Source of the DNA: Planctomycetota bacterium | GTDB lineage: Bacteria > Planctomycetota > GCA-002687715 > DRQF01 | Assembly: GCA_027001995.1 (NCBI GenBank) | Contig: JALTLO010000052.1 | Location: 1 to 21,281, forward strand | Direction: 5' to 3' | DNA length: 21,281 nt | Shown here: in pieces, positions 7,587-16,627 of the stretch | How the letters are laid out: each line of letters opens with the position of its first letter | How positions within the stretch are numbered: position 1 is the first letter of the stretch | Program-made: the position numbers and the translations under genes | The notes under the pieces: model-generated | What the model saw: the letters and a program-made list of their open reading frames with translations, nothing else | Databases searched by the model: none | What the model was told of the DNA's origin: nothing

Positions 7587-9146
7587 GTGAAACAAAAATT
7601 GAACGACCTGACGAGTGGATTCCTCGTCTTCCTTATTGCTCTTCCCCTCTGCCTTGGCATCTCCATAGCAAGTGGGTTTCCACCCATCGCCGGGATCTTG
7701 ACCGCTATCATTGGCGGCTTGCTCACCAGCCACATTGGCGGATCACCTCTCACCATCAAAGGACCTGCTGCGGGCTTGATCGTGATTGCTTTGGGAGCCG
7801 TTCAGGAATTGGGCATGGGTGATCCCATGTTGGGCTACCACCGCGCTCTTGCAGTTGGCGTCATTGCCGCTGCCATTCAAATCTGCTTCGCTTTGATCAA
7901 GGCTGGACGCTTTGCTGCTATCATGCCTACAGCCGTGGTCCACGGGATGTTAGCGGCCATTGGCGTCATTATCATCGCCAAACAAACTCCCATCGTCTTA
8001 GGTGTCTTGGGAGCTCATGGCGAACCTTTGGAAATGCTCGCTGAGATTCCGGCCTTCTTCATTGACGCTAACCCCGAAGTCGCGGCCATTGGATTGCTAT
8101 CCATTCTCATCTTGCTCTTCTTTGGAAAGATACCGAAGATCAAGAAAATACCGGCCCCCTTGGTCGTGCTCATAGTCACCGTCCCTATCGCCTACTTTAT
8201 GGATTTCGGCAACACGCACGTCTATTCCTTCTCGGGTGGTTCCTACACCTTAGGTCCAGATCTTCTCGTGTCTCTTCCTGGCAACCTCCTCGATGCCATC
8301 ACCAGACCGGACTTTTCTGTCATCACTTCAGGTACTTCGATCAAATACATCATCATGTTTGCCCTTGTGGGCATTGTCGAGTCTCTGCTTTCAGTCATCG
8401 CTGTTGATGGCATGGACCCGGAAAAACGCTCCTCTGACTTGGACAAGGACTTACTGGTCACCGGAATAGGAAATCTTGTTTGCAGTTGCGTCGGCGGCCT
8501 CCCCATGATTTCGGAAATCGTTCGTAGCAAAGCGAATGTTGACGCCGGGGCGAAATCTGGCTGGTCCAATTTCTTCCATGGTGGATTTCTCCTCCTTTTC
8601 GTCGTGGTCTTCCCCGGCCTCCTTCAAATGATCCCTTTGGCTGCCCTTGCTGCCATGCTCGTAGTCACGGGTGCTCGTTTGGCCCACCCAAAAGAATTCG
8701 CCCACATGTGGCATGTGGGACGGGATCAGTTCATCCTATTTTTCGTCACTTTCATCTCAACTTTGGCCACCGATCTGTTGGCTGGTGTTGGTATTGGATT
8801 GGTTCTAAAAGTTATTATGCACGCCGCCAGAAGTCACACTTTGGCTGGTCTATTTCGATCATCTGTCAGCTCCCAAAAGGTCGGCAATAGCTTAGAGGTC
8901 ATGGTAAACGGGCCCCTATCCTTCACCAACTTCCTTTCCCTCAAGTCTCTGCTCGCCCAGTCCGTTGATGATTCTACCCAAGTGGTGCGCATCGTCTTAG
9001 CCCAAGCCACCCTCTTGGACCACACAGTACAGGAACGGTTAGAAAGCATCGCCAACGAGTGGCATGGGACAACACTAGAACTCGTCAATTTGGACGTTAT
9101 GACTCCCAGCTCCAACCATCCCCACGCTTTTAGAAAGAGCCGATAA
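7587..9146 (+). CDS. SulP/SLC26-family anion permease, probable bicarbonate transporter, with a short STAS-like C-terminus
   Basis: DLTSGFLVFLIALPLCLGISIASG, TIKGPAAGL, GGLPMISEIVRSKAN and IPLAALAAML motifs; many TM segments; adjacent to dabA. Confidence 0.92.
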   Translation: MKQKLNDLTSGFLVFLIALPLCLGISIASGFPPIAGILTAIIGGLLTSHIGGSPLTIKGPAAGLIVIALGAVQELGMGDPMLGYHRALAVGVIAAAIQICFALIKAGRFAAIMPTAVVHGMLAAIGVIIIAKQTPIVLGVLGAHGEPLEMLAEIPAFFIDANPEVAAIGLLSILILLFFGKIPKIKKIPAPLVVLIVTVPIAYFMDFGNTHVYSFSGGSYTLGPDLLVSLPGNLLDAITRPDFSVITSGTSIKYIIMFALVGIVESLLSVIAVDGMDPEKRSSDLDKDLLVTGIGNLVCSCVGGLPMISEIVRSKANVDAGAKSGWSNFFHGGFLLLFVVVFPGLLQMIPLAALAAMLVVTGARLAHPKEFAHMWHVGRDQFILFFVTFISTLATDLLAGVGIGLVLKVIMHAARSHTLAGLFRSSVSSQKVGNSLEVMVNGPLSFTNFLSLKSLLAQSVDDSTQVVRIVLAQATLLDHTVQERLESIANEWHGTTLELVNLDVMTPSSNHPHAFRKSR

Positions 9147-9152
9147 TCTGTC

Positions 9153-12038
9153 ATGGCATGCCAAACTCAAGAATCGAAAACGGCAGCAGTTGAAAAGATG
9201 GTGGCACATTGTGAGCACGTGCTTCCAGGGCAAAGACCCCTGGATGCCTTCGTTCATCACAATACTCTGCATTCCTTCGAACATCTGTCCTTCGAAGAAG
9301 GCGTCGAGAAGGCTGCCATTCTGTTTGGAGCCAACCCTTACCCCCAGGAGGACGCCTTTCGACAAGACTGGAAGTCCGGTCGCATTCGAGCTGTCGATTT
9401 AGACGCTGTCTTGAAACAAAGAGTGGATGATTCGCCCTTGGGGTTCGGTGCACCAGGCATGTCCAAACGCGATGCCGTCCGTGCTCTCATGCTTGGCTTG
9501 CAAAGATCTGATGGAGGCCATTCTCTGCACTGGCGCATCACAGAGTCCAAAGAACTCTCCGAATTCCCAGATGCGATGCCGCGAGTTTCCTTGGAGCGCC
9601 TCAGAGATGCAGGTCCGATCGAGAGCATTCAACAGGCTCTATGGCAGATCTGTGAGACTCAATGTGATCGTTCGCCCTTGCCCAATGAAGCTGCAGTTCG
9701 CCCTCGCGACTGGATCTTACAAGAAAAAGAGTTGGACCCGGACACCCTCGTTCATCCTCTCTTGATTCGTTGGTGTGGGGCATACTTAGACGGTGGACAA
9801 TGCTATTGGCCAATGGGGCAGCGAGATCTCGGATTCTTCACTGCGATGTTGCACTATTTCTCCGCCCCAGGACCGGTCTTGAGGCCATGGACTTTACCCC
9901 TGGGAGATAGAGCCCAGTCGATAATCGAAACCCAGACCAGTGCTGCCCAATGTATCATTGATACCGCAGCGAGAATGGGCGTCCCCGACGAACACCTGGA
10001 ATCTCTCATCGAAAAAAGCCTTTTGGCCATGCCTGGGTGGCCAGGCATGTTCGTGCAACTGAAGGCGCGTCCCGACCTGGCACCAGCCCCCATGCCACCA
10101 ACGGAGCTCATCGATTATGTCGCCATTCGCCTTTTAGTAGATGAAGCTGCGGCCCGCTTTCAAGTAAGCAAGGAGACCGGTGTCCTCCTTCCTCCCGGTG
10201 CGCAACTCAAGAGAACCAGAAGGAAAGACCCCGCTTGGATTCTCTTCAGTGCCGCTCGCCTCTTAGGGGTACTCCCAGAAGAAGCAGAACGAAACCCAAA
10301 CGTCTTACGCCAATTGACCACTTTCCTCGAAGACTTTAGCGACACAAAACGTCGTGCCCTTTGGCTCTTGGCTTACGAACGGCGCTACCGTCATCTCATT
10401 CTGGATGGCATTCTCAATCACACGCCCCGCGTCCAAGGACTCAAGTTCCCCAAACCCAAAGCTCAGATAGTCACTTGCATCGATGATCGCGAGGAATCCC
10501 TTCGACGTCACCTAGAGGAAATCGACCCTCACTATGAGACGTTCGGCGCAGCAGGATTTTACGGTGTTGCCATGTACTACCAAAACCTAGGTAACCCACA
10601 TCACACCCCCCTCTGCCCTGCGAATGTCGTCCCAACTCATCTAATCAAAGAAAAACCTGTAGACCCAAAACAGTGGGCCAAGAAAGCTGGGAGTTACTCT
10701 CGCCAAGGATGGCTGAAAGAGAACATATCCGTAGGACAAAACACTCTCTTGCGTGGTGGGTTAATCTCTCTTTGGGGTTGGAGTTCCATCATTCCCATGG
10801 CTACCCGACTCTTAGCTCCTCGTCTCTATGGCAAGATTTCGTCCGGCGGATCAAAAGGGATCCCAACCCGCCTAGAAATTGAGGCGGCGCCTACTCCAGT
10901 TTTCGAACACGGTTTCCAAGTCGGCTACACTGTCGACGAAATGATCAATATCGTGGCACGCTACTTAGAAGACATCGGCCTCACCCAAGACTTCGCTCCC
11001 CTGGTCATTTTTTTGGGCCACGGCTCACGATCTATGAACAATCCCCATGAGGCAGCCCACGATTGTGGGGCGTGCGGCGGTGGTCGGGGTGGTCCCAATG
11101 CACGGGCCTTCGCCATGATGGCCAACCGAAAGGATGTGCGAGCCGCATTGGCAGAGATAGGAATCACGATTCCTGAGGAGACATGGTTTATTGGGGGCTA
11201 CCACAACACAGCCGATGATGAGATCGAATACTTCGACTTAGACCTCATTCCAGAACAGCGGAAAGAGGGCTTCGATGCCGCGAAGAAAGACTTAGACAAG
11301 GCCAGAGAGTTGGATGCCCACGAACGATGCCGCCGTTTCGAATCTGCGCCCCTCAACCTTGCTCCCAAAGCCGCTTTACAACATGTCGAGAATCGAGTCG
11401 AAGACTTAGCCCAACCACGCCCTGAATACGGACACTGCACGAACGCTCTTTGTATCGTCGGCAAAAGAGCTTGGAACCGAGGTTTGTTTCTGGACCGGCG
11501 AGTCTTTCTCCAATCCTATGACCCGGCCATCGACGAAGATTCAGCCATTTTAGAGCGCATCCTTGCCATGGTTGGTCCTGTTGGCGCTGGAATCAGCCTC
11601 GAATACTACTTCTCTTTCGTCGACCCCGATCGATACGGATCGAGCACCAAGCTCCCTCACAATGTTACTGGGCTCTTAGGTGTCATGAATGGACCCAGCA
11701 GCGATCTGCGGACTGGACTACCTTGGCAAATGGTTGAGATCCATGAACCTATGCGTCTCCTCAACATCATTGAAGCCCACCCCCAACAATTGTTGGAAAT
11801 TTTGGAGCGCCAACCAGCGCTTAAAGCCTTGGTTGTCAATCGCTGGATCTTGATAGTGGCTTACGACCCTCAAGAAGGAAAAATGTGGTTCTTCGACGAA
11901 GAGGGATTTGTTCCTTATGAGGCAGAAAGCCACGAACTTCCTGAACGCCAGAAATCTGGGGACTGGTATGGAGGAAGGCGGGACCACCTTCCCCCTGCGA
12001 CTCTGACCTCAGGTTTCCCAGAACGGGAGCTATCATGA
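9153..12038 (+). CDS. dabA: DabA/MpsB (DUF2309, UPF0753) soluble subunit of inorganic carbon pump; beta-carbonic-anhydrase-like Zn site
   Basis: LP.Q.PL..FVHHNTLH, PGWPG, CIDDREES (Cys, Asp), LGHGS (His), HDCGACGG (Cys), QPRPEYGH, LDRRVFLQSYD, DLRTGLPWQMVEIHEPMRL. Confidence 0.95.
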   Translation: MACQTQESKTAAVEKMVAHCEHVLPGQRPLDAFVHHNTLHSFEHLSFEEGVEKAAILFGANPYPQEDAFRQDWKSGRIRAVDLDAVLKQRVDDSPLGFGAPGMSKRDAVRALMLGLQRSDGGHSLHWRITESKELSEFPDAMPRVSLERLRDAGPIESIQQALWQICETQCDRSPLPNEAAVRPRDWILQEKELDPDTLVHPLLIRWCGAYLDGGQCYWPMGQRDLGFFTAMLHYFSAPGPVLRPWTLPLGDRAQSIIETQTSAAQCIIDTAARMGVPDEHLESLIEKSLLAMPGWPGMFVQLKARPDLAPAPMPPTELIDYVAIRLLVDEAAARFQVSKETGVLLPPGAQLKRTRRKDPAWILFSAARLLGVLPEEAERNPNVLRQLTTFLEDFSDTKRRALWLLAYERRYRHLILDGILNHTPRVQGLKFPKPKAQIVTCIDDREESLRRHLEEIDPHYETFGAAGFYGVAMYYQNLGNPHHTPLCPANVVPTHLIKEKPVDPKQWAKKAGSYSRQGWLKENISVGQNTLLRGGLISLWGWSSIIPMATRLLAPRLYGKISSGGSKGIPTRLEIEAAPTPVFEHGFQVGYTVDEMINIVARYLEDIGLTQDFAPLVIFLGHGSRSMNNPHEAAHDCGACGGGRGGPNARAFAMMANRKDVRAALAEIGITIPEETWFIGGYHNTADDEIEYFDLDLIPEQRKEGFDAAKKDLDKARELDAHERCRRFESAPLNLAPKAALQHVENRVEDLAQPRPEYGHCTNALCIVGKRAWNRGLFLDRRVFLQSYDPAIDEDSAILERILAMVGPVGAGISLEYYFSFVDPDRYGSSTKLPHNVTGLLGVMNGPSSDLRTGLPWQMVEIHEPMRLLNIIEAHPQQLLEILERQPALKALVVNRWILIVAYDPQEGKMWFFDEEGFVPYEAESHELPERQKSGDWYGGRRDHLPPATLTSGFPERELS

Positions 12039-13387
12039 TCTCAACAGAATTCCTCCAAGGTCTCTTGGGCCTCACCCTTGCTCTTCCTCTCCTCTCACTA
12101 CTTATCTTGACCATTGGCATTAGCTTCGGTTTCAACCTGACGGAACGAAGAATTCATCAATTGCTCGGTGTGGAGCTTAGCCTCGGCTTGTTGAGCGCCA
12201 GTTTATTCTTCATCAGCTTGCTCTGTGGTTGGATCGAACCCTTCTCCGTCGACTTGGGAACCTTAATCGCTGCTGGGAGTTACGACTTCGGCTTAGTGTT
12301 TCATTTAGACATCCTAGGGGCCATGTTTCTCTGGTTGACCATGGCCCTCGTTGGTTTAGTGGGTGCGTTTTCTGCCAACTACCTCCACCAAGATGAAGGT
12401 TTCATTCGATTCTACTGGTTGCTCTTAGCGTTCGTCATTGGGCTCGAGATTATTGCGACGGCAGAAAGACTCGACCTGGTTTTTGTTGGCTGGGAGTTAT
12501 TGGGAATTTCATCGGCCCTCCTGATTGCTTACTTCATTCGGAGAAAGGGCCCAGTTGAAAACGGACTACGTGCCTTCGCAGCCTATCGCATAACCGATGT
12601 TGGACTTCTTTGTGGCATCGTGACCCTTCATCACCTATCTCACACAACGTCCATATCGGCTCTGGCGCGCATCGATTCGACAACGGCTTTGATGGTCGGG
12701 GGGTTCTTCGTTTTCGGAGCCATGGGCAAGGGGGCGATCGTCCCATTTACTCCTTGGCTACCCCGTGCGATGGAAGGCCCAACCCCCTCAAGCGCGATTT
12801 TCTATGGTGCCCTGTCGATCCATGCGTCGCCTTTTCTACTCTTGAGGCTCGCCCCTCTTTTCGACCAGCATCTGGTGCTCCGGGAGATCATTTTCACTTT
12901 AGGGATCATCACTGCCATTCATGCATCGATGGTGGGACGGGTGCAAAACGACATCAAATGTTCTTTGGCCTATGCCGCCGTAGCCCAAGTGGGTGTCATG
13001 TGGATGTTCATTGGTCTTGGATTCTACAAAATTGCTGCATTTCATCTATTCGGACACACCGTTATTCGCACATGGCAACTACTCCGTTCGCCCTCAATCT
13101 TGCATGAACGCCACCAGCTCCTCAACTTACTTGGAAAAGACCTCAACCCCACAGGACGCCACTTGGAACGATTGCTCCCGCTTTCAGTTCAGCGCTGGGC
13201 CTATCGCGTGGCGCTGGAACGTTGGTATCTCAATGAGCTGTGGGACATCGTTGCCGGTTTCTTCATGAGCATTCTCAAGACGATAGACCGAGTCGATAGG
13301 CGCTGGTCATCCTTCATGGAAAGCGAATCTGCCGGATACCAAGAAGAAAAACCGCAAAAAACCCTGACGGGAGTCATCAAAAAGTGA
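12035..13387 (+). CDS. dabB: DabB/MpsA membrane subunit (NuoL/MrpA-like proton-conducting transporter)
   Basis: FSANYLH, GWELLGISSALLI, YRITDVG, GKGAIVPFTPWLPRAMEGPTPSSA and HTVIR; ATGA overlap with the dabA stop. Confidence 0.9.
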   Translation: MISTEFLQGLLGLTLALPLLSLLILTIGISFGFNLTERRIHQLLGVELSLGLLSASLFFISLLCGWIEPFSVDLGTLIAAGSYDFGLVFHLDILGAMFLWLTMALVGLVGAFSANYLHQDEGFIRFYWLLLAFVIGLEIIATAERLDLVFVGWELLGISSALLIAYFIRRKGPVENGLRAFAAYRITDVGLLCGIVTLHHLSHTTSISALARIDSTTALMVGGFFVFGAMGKGAIVPFTPWLPRAMEGPTPSSAIFYGALSIHASPFLLLRLAPLFDQHLVLREIIFTLGIITAIHASMVGRVQNDIKCSLAYAAVAQVGVMWMFIGLGFYKIAAFHLFGHTVIRTWQLLRSPSILHERHQLLNLLGKDLNPTGRHLERLLPLSVQRWAYRVALERWYLNELWDIVAGFFMSILKTIDRVDRRWSSFMESESAGYQEEKPQKTLTGVIKK

Positions 13388-14769
13388 ACCTCGAATTAGT
13401 CATATTCTTGATGATTGCTGCTCCTTTCTTAGGAGCCATCGTCACCGCACTAGCACCAAAAGAAGAAAAACGATGGACGGTTGTGGTGGCTCTATTGGTG
13501 ACCATGTCTACTCTGGGCTTGGCTTTTGTCACAACTTCTGGCACCAGCGATGCTTTCTTCGGCCCGCTTGAGTTGGTGGTCAGTCCATTCACCTTAACTG
13601 TGGGACCAGCCTTGGTTCTTGGCCGATTAGCCCTTGCTCTTTGTGGCGGCCGCACGATCTCGGCCTCAAGAGACAATGTGTGGTTTCTCTTGCTCCTGAG
13701 CATAGAGTTCATTGCCATCTTCACCATGAGCCCTGCGATCCTCTTGGTGGCTGAAGGACTATCAGCGCTCCTTCTAGCAAGCCGCCTCTTCTTGCGAGGA
13801 CAAAAATCACAGGGCTATTATCTTATCATGGAGATCCTCATCCTCTGCTCGGCTCTTCCTGCGTTCTTTGAGCAGTCCATACCAGAATTCTCCGACATGC
13901 CACCTTCCGTGGGCTTGGCCCTCATCATTGCCGGTTTCTTGCGTCTGGGGATCTTCCCCCTGTCCACCGGCGCCATGGCAACGCTTTCGAAGAAATTCGA
14001 CACAACAGCCCTCATCAGCGTACTCCCCGTTGGAGGCGTGCTCCTTCTTATTCGTTTCGGCCCCACAGTCAACACGCTTTCCTCAATCAGCAACCAGCTT
14101 GAAATTTGGTTAGAAATAGCGGCCCCACTCCTGGCCGCCATGGCCATCGCCCAAAAAACTCTCCCGAGGGCATTCGGCTATACACTGTTCGCCAGCCACG
14201 CTCTCTTGGCTCTCTTAGCTTTGGACACCGGTCCTTACCACGTTGCCATCGCAGGAGAATTTTGGGCGGCCATCTTGTTGAGCGGCACAGGTTTGGGCGC
14301 AGCAGCCTATCTCATCTCCCTGCGATTTGGTGACGTAAACTTGCGGAAGTTCTCCGGATTCCAAAAACACACCCCTCGGCTGAGTGTTCTTTTCTTGGTC
14401 TTGGGATTCGCCCTCGCTGGGGCGCCAGGAACGTTACAATTCGTTGCCGAAGATTTCCTGCTCAACACAGCCGAGCTCGACATCATCAGCACAATATTAG
14501 TGGTGACCACCATTTCATTGATGGGATTCGCTGTGTTGAGGATGCACTTTCGTTTGTTCTACGGAAGGGATCTCCTGCAAAGAGATTTCATGAGATTGGA
14601 AGGCCGCGAAGTCATCTGTTTGGCAGCCCTTACTTTCGCCATTCTCATGGGAGGTCTGCTCCCGTCCTCTGTTCCCCTTGTATCCTCTGTTCGAGCCCAG
14701 AAAATAGCAGCAAAATCCCCAGCCCACAGTGTGCAAGGAGGAATCGACGCTGGCCAAGCCAAGCATTAA
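13384..14769 (+). CDS. Second, divergent antiporter-like subunit (NuoM/HyfF/MrpD-like, Proton_antipo_M fold)
   Basis: Highly hydrophobic; RLGIFPL, RFG..NL.KFSG....PRL..LFL..GFALAGAPGT..FVAE motifs; GTGA overlap with the dabB stop. Confidence 0.8.
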   Translation: MNLELVIFLMIAAPFLGAIVTALAPKEEKRWTVVVALLVTMSTLGLAFVTTSGTSDAFFGPLELVVSPFTLTVGPALVLGRLALALCGGRTISASRDNVWFLLLLSIEFIAIFTMSPAILLVAEGLSALLLASRLFLRGQKSQGYYLIMEILILCSALPAFFEQSIPEFSDMPPSVGLALIIAGFLRLGIFPLSTGAMATLSKKFDTTALISVLPVGGVLLLIRFGPTVNTLSSISNQLEIWLEIAAPLLAAMAIAQKTLPRAFGYTLFASHALLALLALDTGPYHVAIAGEFWAAILLSGTGLGAAAYLISLRFGDVNLRKFSGFQKHTPRLSVLFLVLGFALAGAPGTLQFVAEDFLLNTAELDIISTILVVTTISLMGFAVLRMHFRLFYGRDLLQRDFMRLEGREVICLAALTFAILMGGLLPSSVPLVSSVRAQKIAAKSPAHSVQGGIDAGQAKH

Positions 14770-14780
14770 GTCCCTCTGCA
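14767..14780 (+). repeat. Right copy of the imperfect direct repeat
   Basis: TAAGTCCCTCTGCA, including the stop codon of the last operon gene; matches 4426-4438 with a 1-nt insertion. Confidence 0.4.
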
Positions 14781-14816
14781 GAGACCGCCCCCCCGAAGCT
14801 TTAGAATGGGCGAACT

Positions 14817-15413
14817 ATGTATGACTACTTCCTTGGACAAATCGTAGAGAAGGGTCCCACGCATGTCGTTTTAGACGTCGGCGGGGTCGGCTATTCTTTC
14901 CATGTGCCTCTGAGCACTGCGGAAAAACTGCCAAAAACAGGCGAAGCCAAGCTATTGGCTCACCTCCACGTTCGTGAAGATGCTCAGAAGTTATTTGGGT
15001 TTGCCACGAATGCAGAACGCGACCTCTTTTGTCTGCTCAAGAAAGTGTCAGGCATCGGACCAACTCTCGCGGTTGCCATCCTCTCCCGAGCAACAGTCAC
15101 CGATTTGTGCTCGGCGATTTCCGCAGGAAGCATCGATTTCCTTAAGAGTCTCAAGGGGGTGGGACCCAAAACAGCAACACGCTTAGTGACAGAGTTAGGC
15201 GACAAGGTTGGTGGAATTGCAGCAGGTCCAGGGCTCGAGGGCATCCCCGACGCCAATCGCCGGGCAGAAGACGCCATTCAAGCGTTGGAAGTACTTGGTT
15301 GTCAACCAAAGGCCGCCAAAAAGGCCGTGGCCAAAGTCCTCAAGGAAACACCTTCCCTGGAAGTCGAAGCCCTGGTGCGGGAATCTCTTAGAGAAGTCTG
15401 GCCTACGGGGTAA
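14817..15413 (+). CDS. ruvA: Holliday junction branch migration protein RuvA
   Basis: LDVGGVGY, HLHVRED..LFGF, VSGIGP, LKGVGPKTA.RL..EL.DK and DAIQALEVLG. Confidence 0.97.
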   Translation: MYDYFLGQIVEKGPTHVVLDVGGVGYSFHVPLSTAEKLPKTGEAKLLAHLHVREDAQKLFGFATNAERDLFCLLKKVSGIGPTLAVAILSRATVTDLCSAISAGSIDFLKSLKGVGPKTATRLVTELGDKVGGIAAGPGLEGIPDANRRAEDAIQALEVLGCQPKAAKKAVAKVLKETPSLEVEALVRESLREVWPTG

Positions 15414-15416
15414 TCC

Positions 15417-15477
15417 AAATAGGGAGATCGACTCACTCCTTGAAAAGAGCCTTCATGAGAGTCGGCCTCTATTTTTT
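15417..15477. terminator. Imperfect hairpin between convergent ruvA and DUF4340 genes, probable terminator
   Basis: AAATAGGGAGATCGACTC ... GAGTCGGCCTCTATTT arms followed by a T-run. Confidence 0.5.
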
Positions 15478-16614
15478 CTGACCACCTTCTTCCATTGCTT
15501 TTTTGGCCGCAGCCCGTCTATGGTCAACGTAGGCTTCTGGACCTCTTTGCAACACTGCCAAGTAGCTGTTCGTTACTGCGTGAACAAAAGACTGCTTCAG
15601 TTTGCCACCTGGGTGCCGCGCGCGCATGTAGTAAGTAATCATGGCGGTGGTAGCCAGAAGAGACTGGGGACGGCGAGCACCGATCTCCAAAGTTCGGGAA
15701 GTCTCAACATCGCCCTCTTTGAAAAAGGTTGTGATTCTTACTTCGAGCTCATCAGGATCATCAAGCTTGTATTCCGGCTTAGTGCCTTGACTCAAGATCT
15801 CTTGGGTGCGGATATTAAGCATGGAAGTCAACATGGAGCGAACACTGAGATCACTCAAGACAAGGTCTTTCTTCTCTTCCGGCTCCAAAACCCGCCAAAA
15901 CTCCTCTTCTTTGGTGAGGGCATTTCGCGGCACATATTCGATAACAAAACGAAAACGCTTACGACTATCAGCGTTGGTGCGCGTCAGACGCTCTAAGCCT
16001 TCCACCACCACACGATAGGCTGCCAATTTCAAGTCTGTAAGCCGCCCTTGGTCCGTCGAAGGAAAATCCCACACTCCCAAGTCGTACCAGTTCCTTGGAA
16101 CTACAGAAAAGACACTCTCTAAGTTCTTCGAGCGGGTCACGAAGACAGCATCTTCATTGCGGCGGCGAATGAACGTACCACCGGAGTTGGCCACGTCTCG
16201 TTTACCAATGACCAAGTCTTCAATCAGACGTCCACCCTTGCCGAAAAGGCGAATCTTTGTTCCCCGGCGTTCATCCACCTCCAAGTCTTCATGTAGAAAT
16301 GACTTGGCGTTGCGAAACTCACTGCGCGACAAAGGCTGAATCTCAGCCAGTGCTTTGGCGACTTTCTCTTGAACCGCTGGATATCCGAAGACATTCTCAA
16401 TGCACCAAATGCCATCTTTCTTCTCTAATCTTAATGTTGCAGCCGCTGAAGATGTGATTTCAATGCGCTCGACATCTGCGATCGGGACATCATCGAGCTT
16501 ATGCTCAACCACAGTCTCAGACTTCGGCTTTTCGGTACTGAAGGGATTGTCTTTGACAAACCAAATAGCGAGTTGCGACAGCAGCAAGATTCCCAGAACA
16601 ATATTGCGAATCAT
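15469..16614 (-). CDS. DUF4340-like exported/membrane-anchored protein accompanying the Gld-like ABC system
   Basis: N-terminal TM (MIRNIVLGILLLSQLAIW), LEKKDGIW....GYPA..EKV, LVIGK....GGTFIRR. Start reassigned to ATG 16614, which has a GGAG SD. Position after GldG-like genes is typical. Confidence 0.75.
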   Translation of the reverse strand: MIRNIVLGILLLSQLAIWFVKDNPFSTEKPKSETVVEHKLDDVPIADVERIEITSSAAATLRLEKKDGIWCIENVFGYPAVQEKVAKALAEIQPLSRSEFRNAKSFLHEDLEVDERRGTKIRLFGKGGRLIEDLVIGKRDVANSGGTFIRRRNEDAVFVTRSKNLESVFSVVPRNWYDLGVWDFPSTDQGRLTDLKLAAYRVVVEGLERLTRTNADSRKRFRFVIEYVPRNALTKEEEFWRVLEPEEKKDLVLSDLSVRSMLTSMLNIRTQEILSQGTKPEYKLDDPDELEVRITTFFKEGDVETSRTLEIGARRPQSLLATTAMITYYMRARHPGGKLKQSFVHAVTNSYLAVLQRGPEAYVDHRRAAAKKAMEEGGQKK

Positions 16615-16627
16615 TTGAATACTCCAA

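Noticed and set aside
7133..7822. 229-aa and 102-aa ORFs across the divergent promoter region
   Set aside because: No SD or protein-like features; the region is better explained as enhancer plus sigma54 promoter.
12035..14769. Respiratory complex I nuoL/nuoM or Mrp antiporter operon
   Set aside because: No other nuo or mrp subunits; coupling to DUF2309 indicates a DAB-type transporter.
14770..14816. LexA box upstream of ruvA
   Set aside because: No complete match to the LexA motifs I know; only a lone GAAC.
15208..15996. 262-aa plus-strand ORF
   Set aside because: Overlaps ruvA out of frame and the DUF4340 gene antisense; no motifs.
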